Shown piece by piece: positions 63,021 to 64,000 of a stretch of 64,000 nucleotides of DNA (within the stretch, counting starts at the first letter, position 1; each line of letters begins with the position of its first letter). A model generated the notes under the pieces. That model saw only the letters and a program-made list of their open reading frames with translations, was not told the DNA's origin and made no database searches. Origin of the DNA: Callorhinchus milii (taxonomy: Eukaryota); contig NW_024704742.1 of the NCBI RefSeq assembly GCF_018977255.1, positions 64,978,001 to 65,042,000 on the forward strand, given 5' to 3'. The position numbers and the translations under genes are program-made.

Positions 63021-64000
63021 GTTATTGGCTCGAATGCCATGTTCGCCCACAAAAAACAGTACAGTATCATACACTAAAATCCTGTAGAGCGTTTTGGGAC
63101 GTCCTCCTGACATGAAAGATATATCAATTAGAATTATTGTCAGGAGCGGAGGTAGGAGAGCGGGGGGTGGAGCCTAGGCCTAGCCGTGAATAAAAGCACA
63201 GCCAGGTGAGGAGCGGAGCGGAGGTAGGTGATTCACCCACCCACCATGCCCTGGCCCCAGGCACTGCCATCCCGGCCATGACCTGGGAGGCTAAGCCTGA
63301 GGGCTGATGCTGTCCCACTGATCGCTCACTCCCGGTCTCTGCGTGCGCGTTTTGGCTGCCGCCCCGACCCCAACCTCCCCCTAAATGTCTCTCCTCCCGC
63401 CCCCCTCTACATCTCTCCTCTCACCCCCCTCTACATCTCTCCTCCCACCCCACCCTCTATCCACTACTCCCCCTCTGTCCTTCTCTCCCACCGCCCTCCC
63501 AGCCTTCTCTCTCTCCTTGACCCCATCACCACTGGGCAAAATGTGACAGCCAATTGCGCACAAACAATCGTGGATTGAGTAACCAATTTTTTTTGAGGGC
63601 TGATTACCCCAGGAGAGAAATCCGCTGATTGACTAACAACAACAACAAAATTACATTTGTAGAGCGCCTTTCACGTCGGGAAGATGTCGCAAGGTTCCTA
63701 CCAGATTCCTACTTACTGCTGGGTAAACAAAGTCGTTTAGAATAAGGAAACTTGCCTAAAGCTTCGTCCCGCCCATGAATCAAACCCGGGTCCTCTCACT
63801 TGCGAGACGAGTGTGCTAACCACTACTCTGCAGGACTCCACAGCAACTTTTACTCTGCCCTGGGTGAGTCAGGATCTCGGACAAAACACTGCAGCATATG
63901 GCCAACTGACCATTTGCCCAGACCAACAGCACTGCAGCCTGGTTAAATGTGCCGCCCCATCCCCCAATTACTTGCTTGTAATTGTACCCTGTGGAGTAGG

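Noticed and set aside
63241..63330. Possible HDV-like ribozyme (gcctcccagg motif on the minus strand)
   Set aside because: I could not build the P1/P2/P3 nested pseudoknot, and the loop length does not fit.
46300..64000. Exons of a downstream neighbour (FAM193A expected from human synteny)
   Set aside because: I recognised no coding exon; unique stretches such as 60300-60800 give no supportable protein match.
1..64000. CRISPR arrays, operons or prokaryotic defence systems
   Set aside because: Spliceosomal-intron eukaryotic DNA; the repeats are dispersed retroposons with no regular repeat-spacer periodicity.

Overview
Repeat-dense vertebrate genomic DNA; the CR1, L2 and DeuSINE repeats suggest a cartilaginous fish (inference). 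One protein-coding gene is well supported: a six-exon TNIP2 (ABIN-2) orthologue on the + strand. Its CDS is join(31243..31638, 37535..37843, 39739..39834, 41038..41340, 42960..43079, 43733..44017), 502 aa, with GT-AG phase-0 introns and a probable 3' UTR of about 2.2 kb. Most of the remainder is decayed retroposon sequence: L2-clade LINE fragments, a long degenerate CR1, three generations of tRNA-derived DeuSINEs sharing the L2 tail, an unclassified poly(A)-tailed family and a hAT MITE. Most ORFs in the supplied track are by-products of these repeats. The best observations are NF-kB and AP-1 motif clusters around TNIP2, a stop codon overlapping AATAAA at a weak donor, a perfect 60-bp inverted duplication, two L2 copies sharing one frameshift, and reciprocal CR1/L2 nesting. 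I found no convincing wholly new biological system. Repeat boundaries are approximate.
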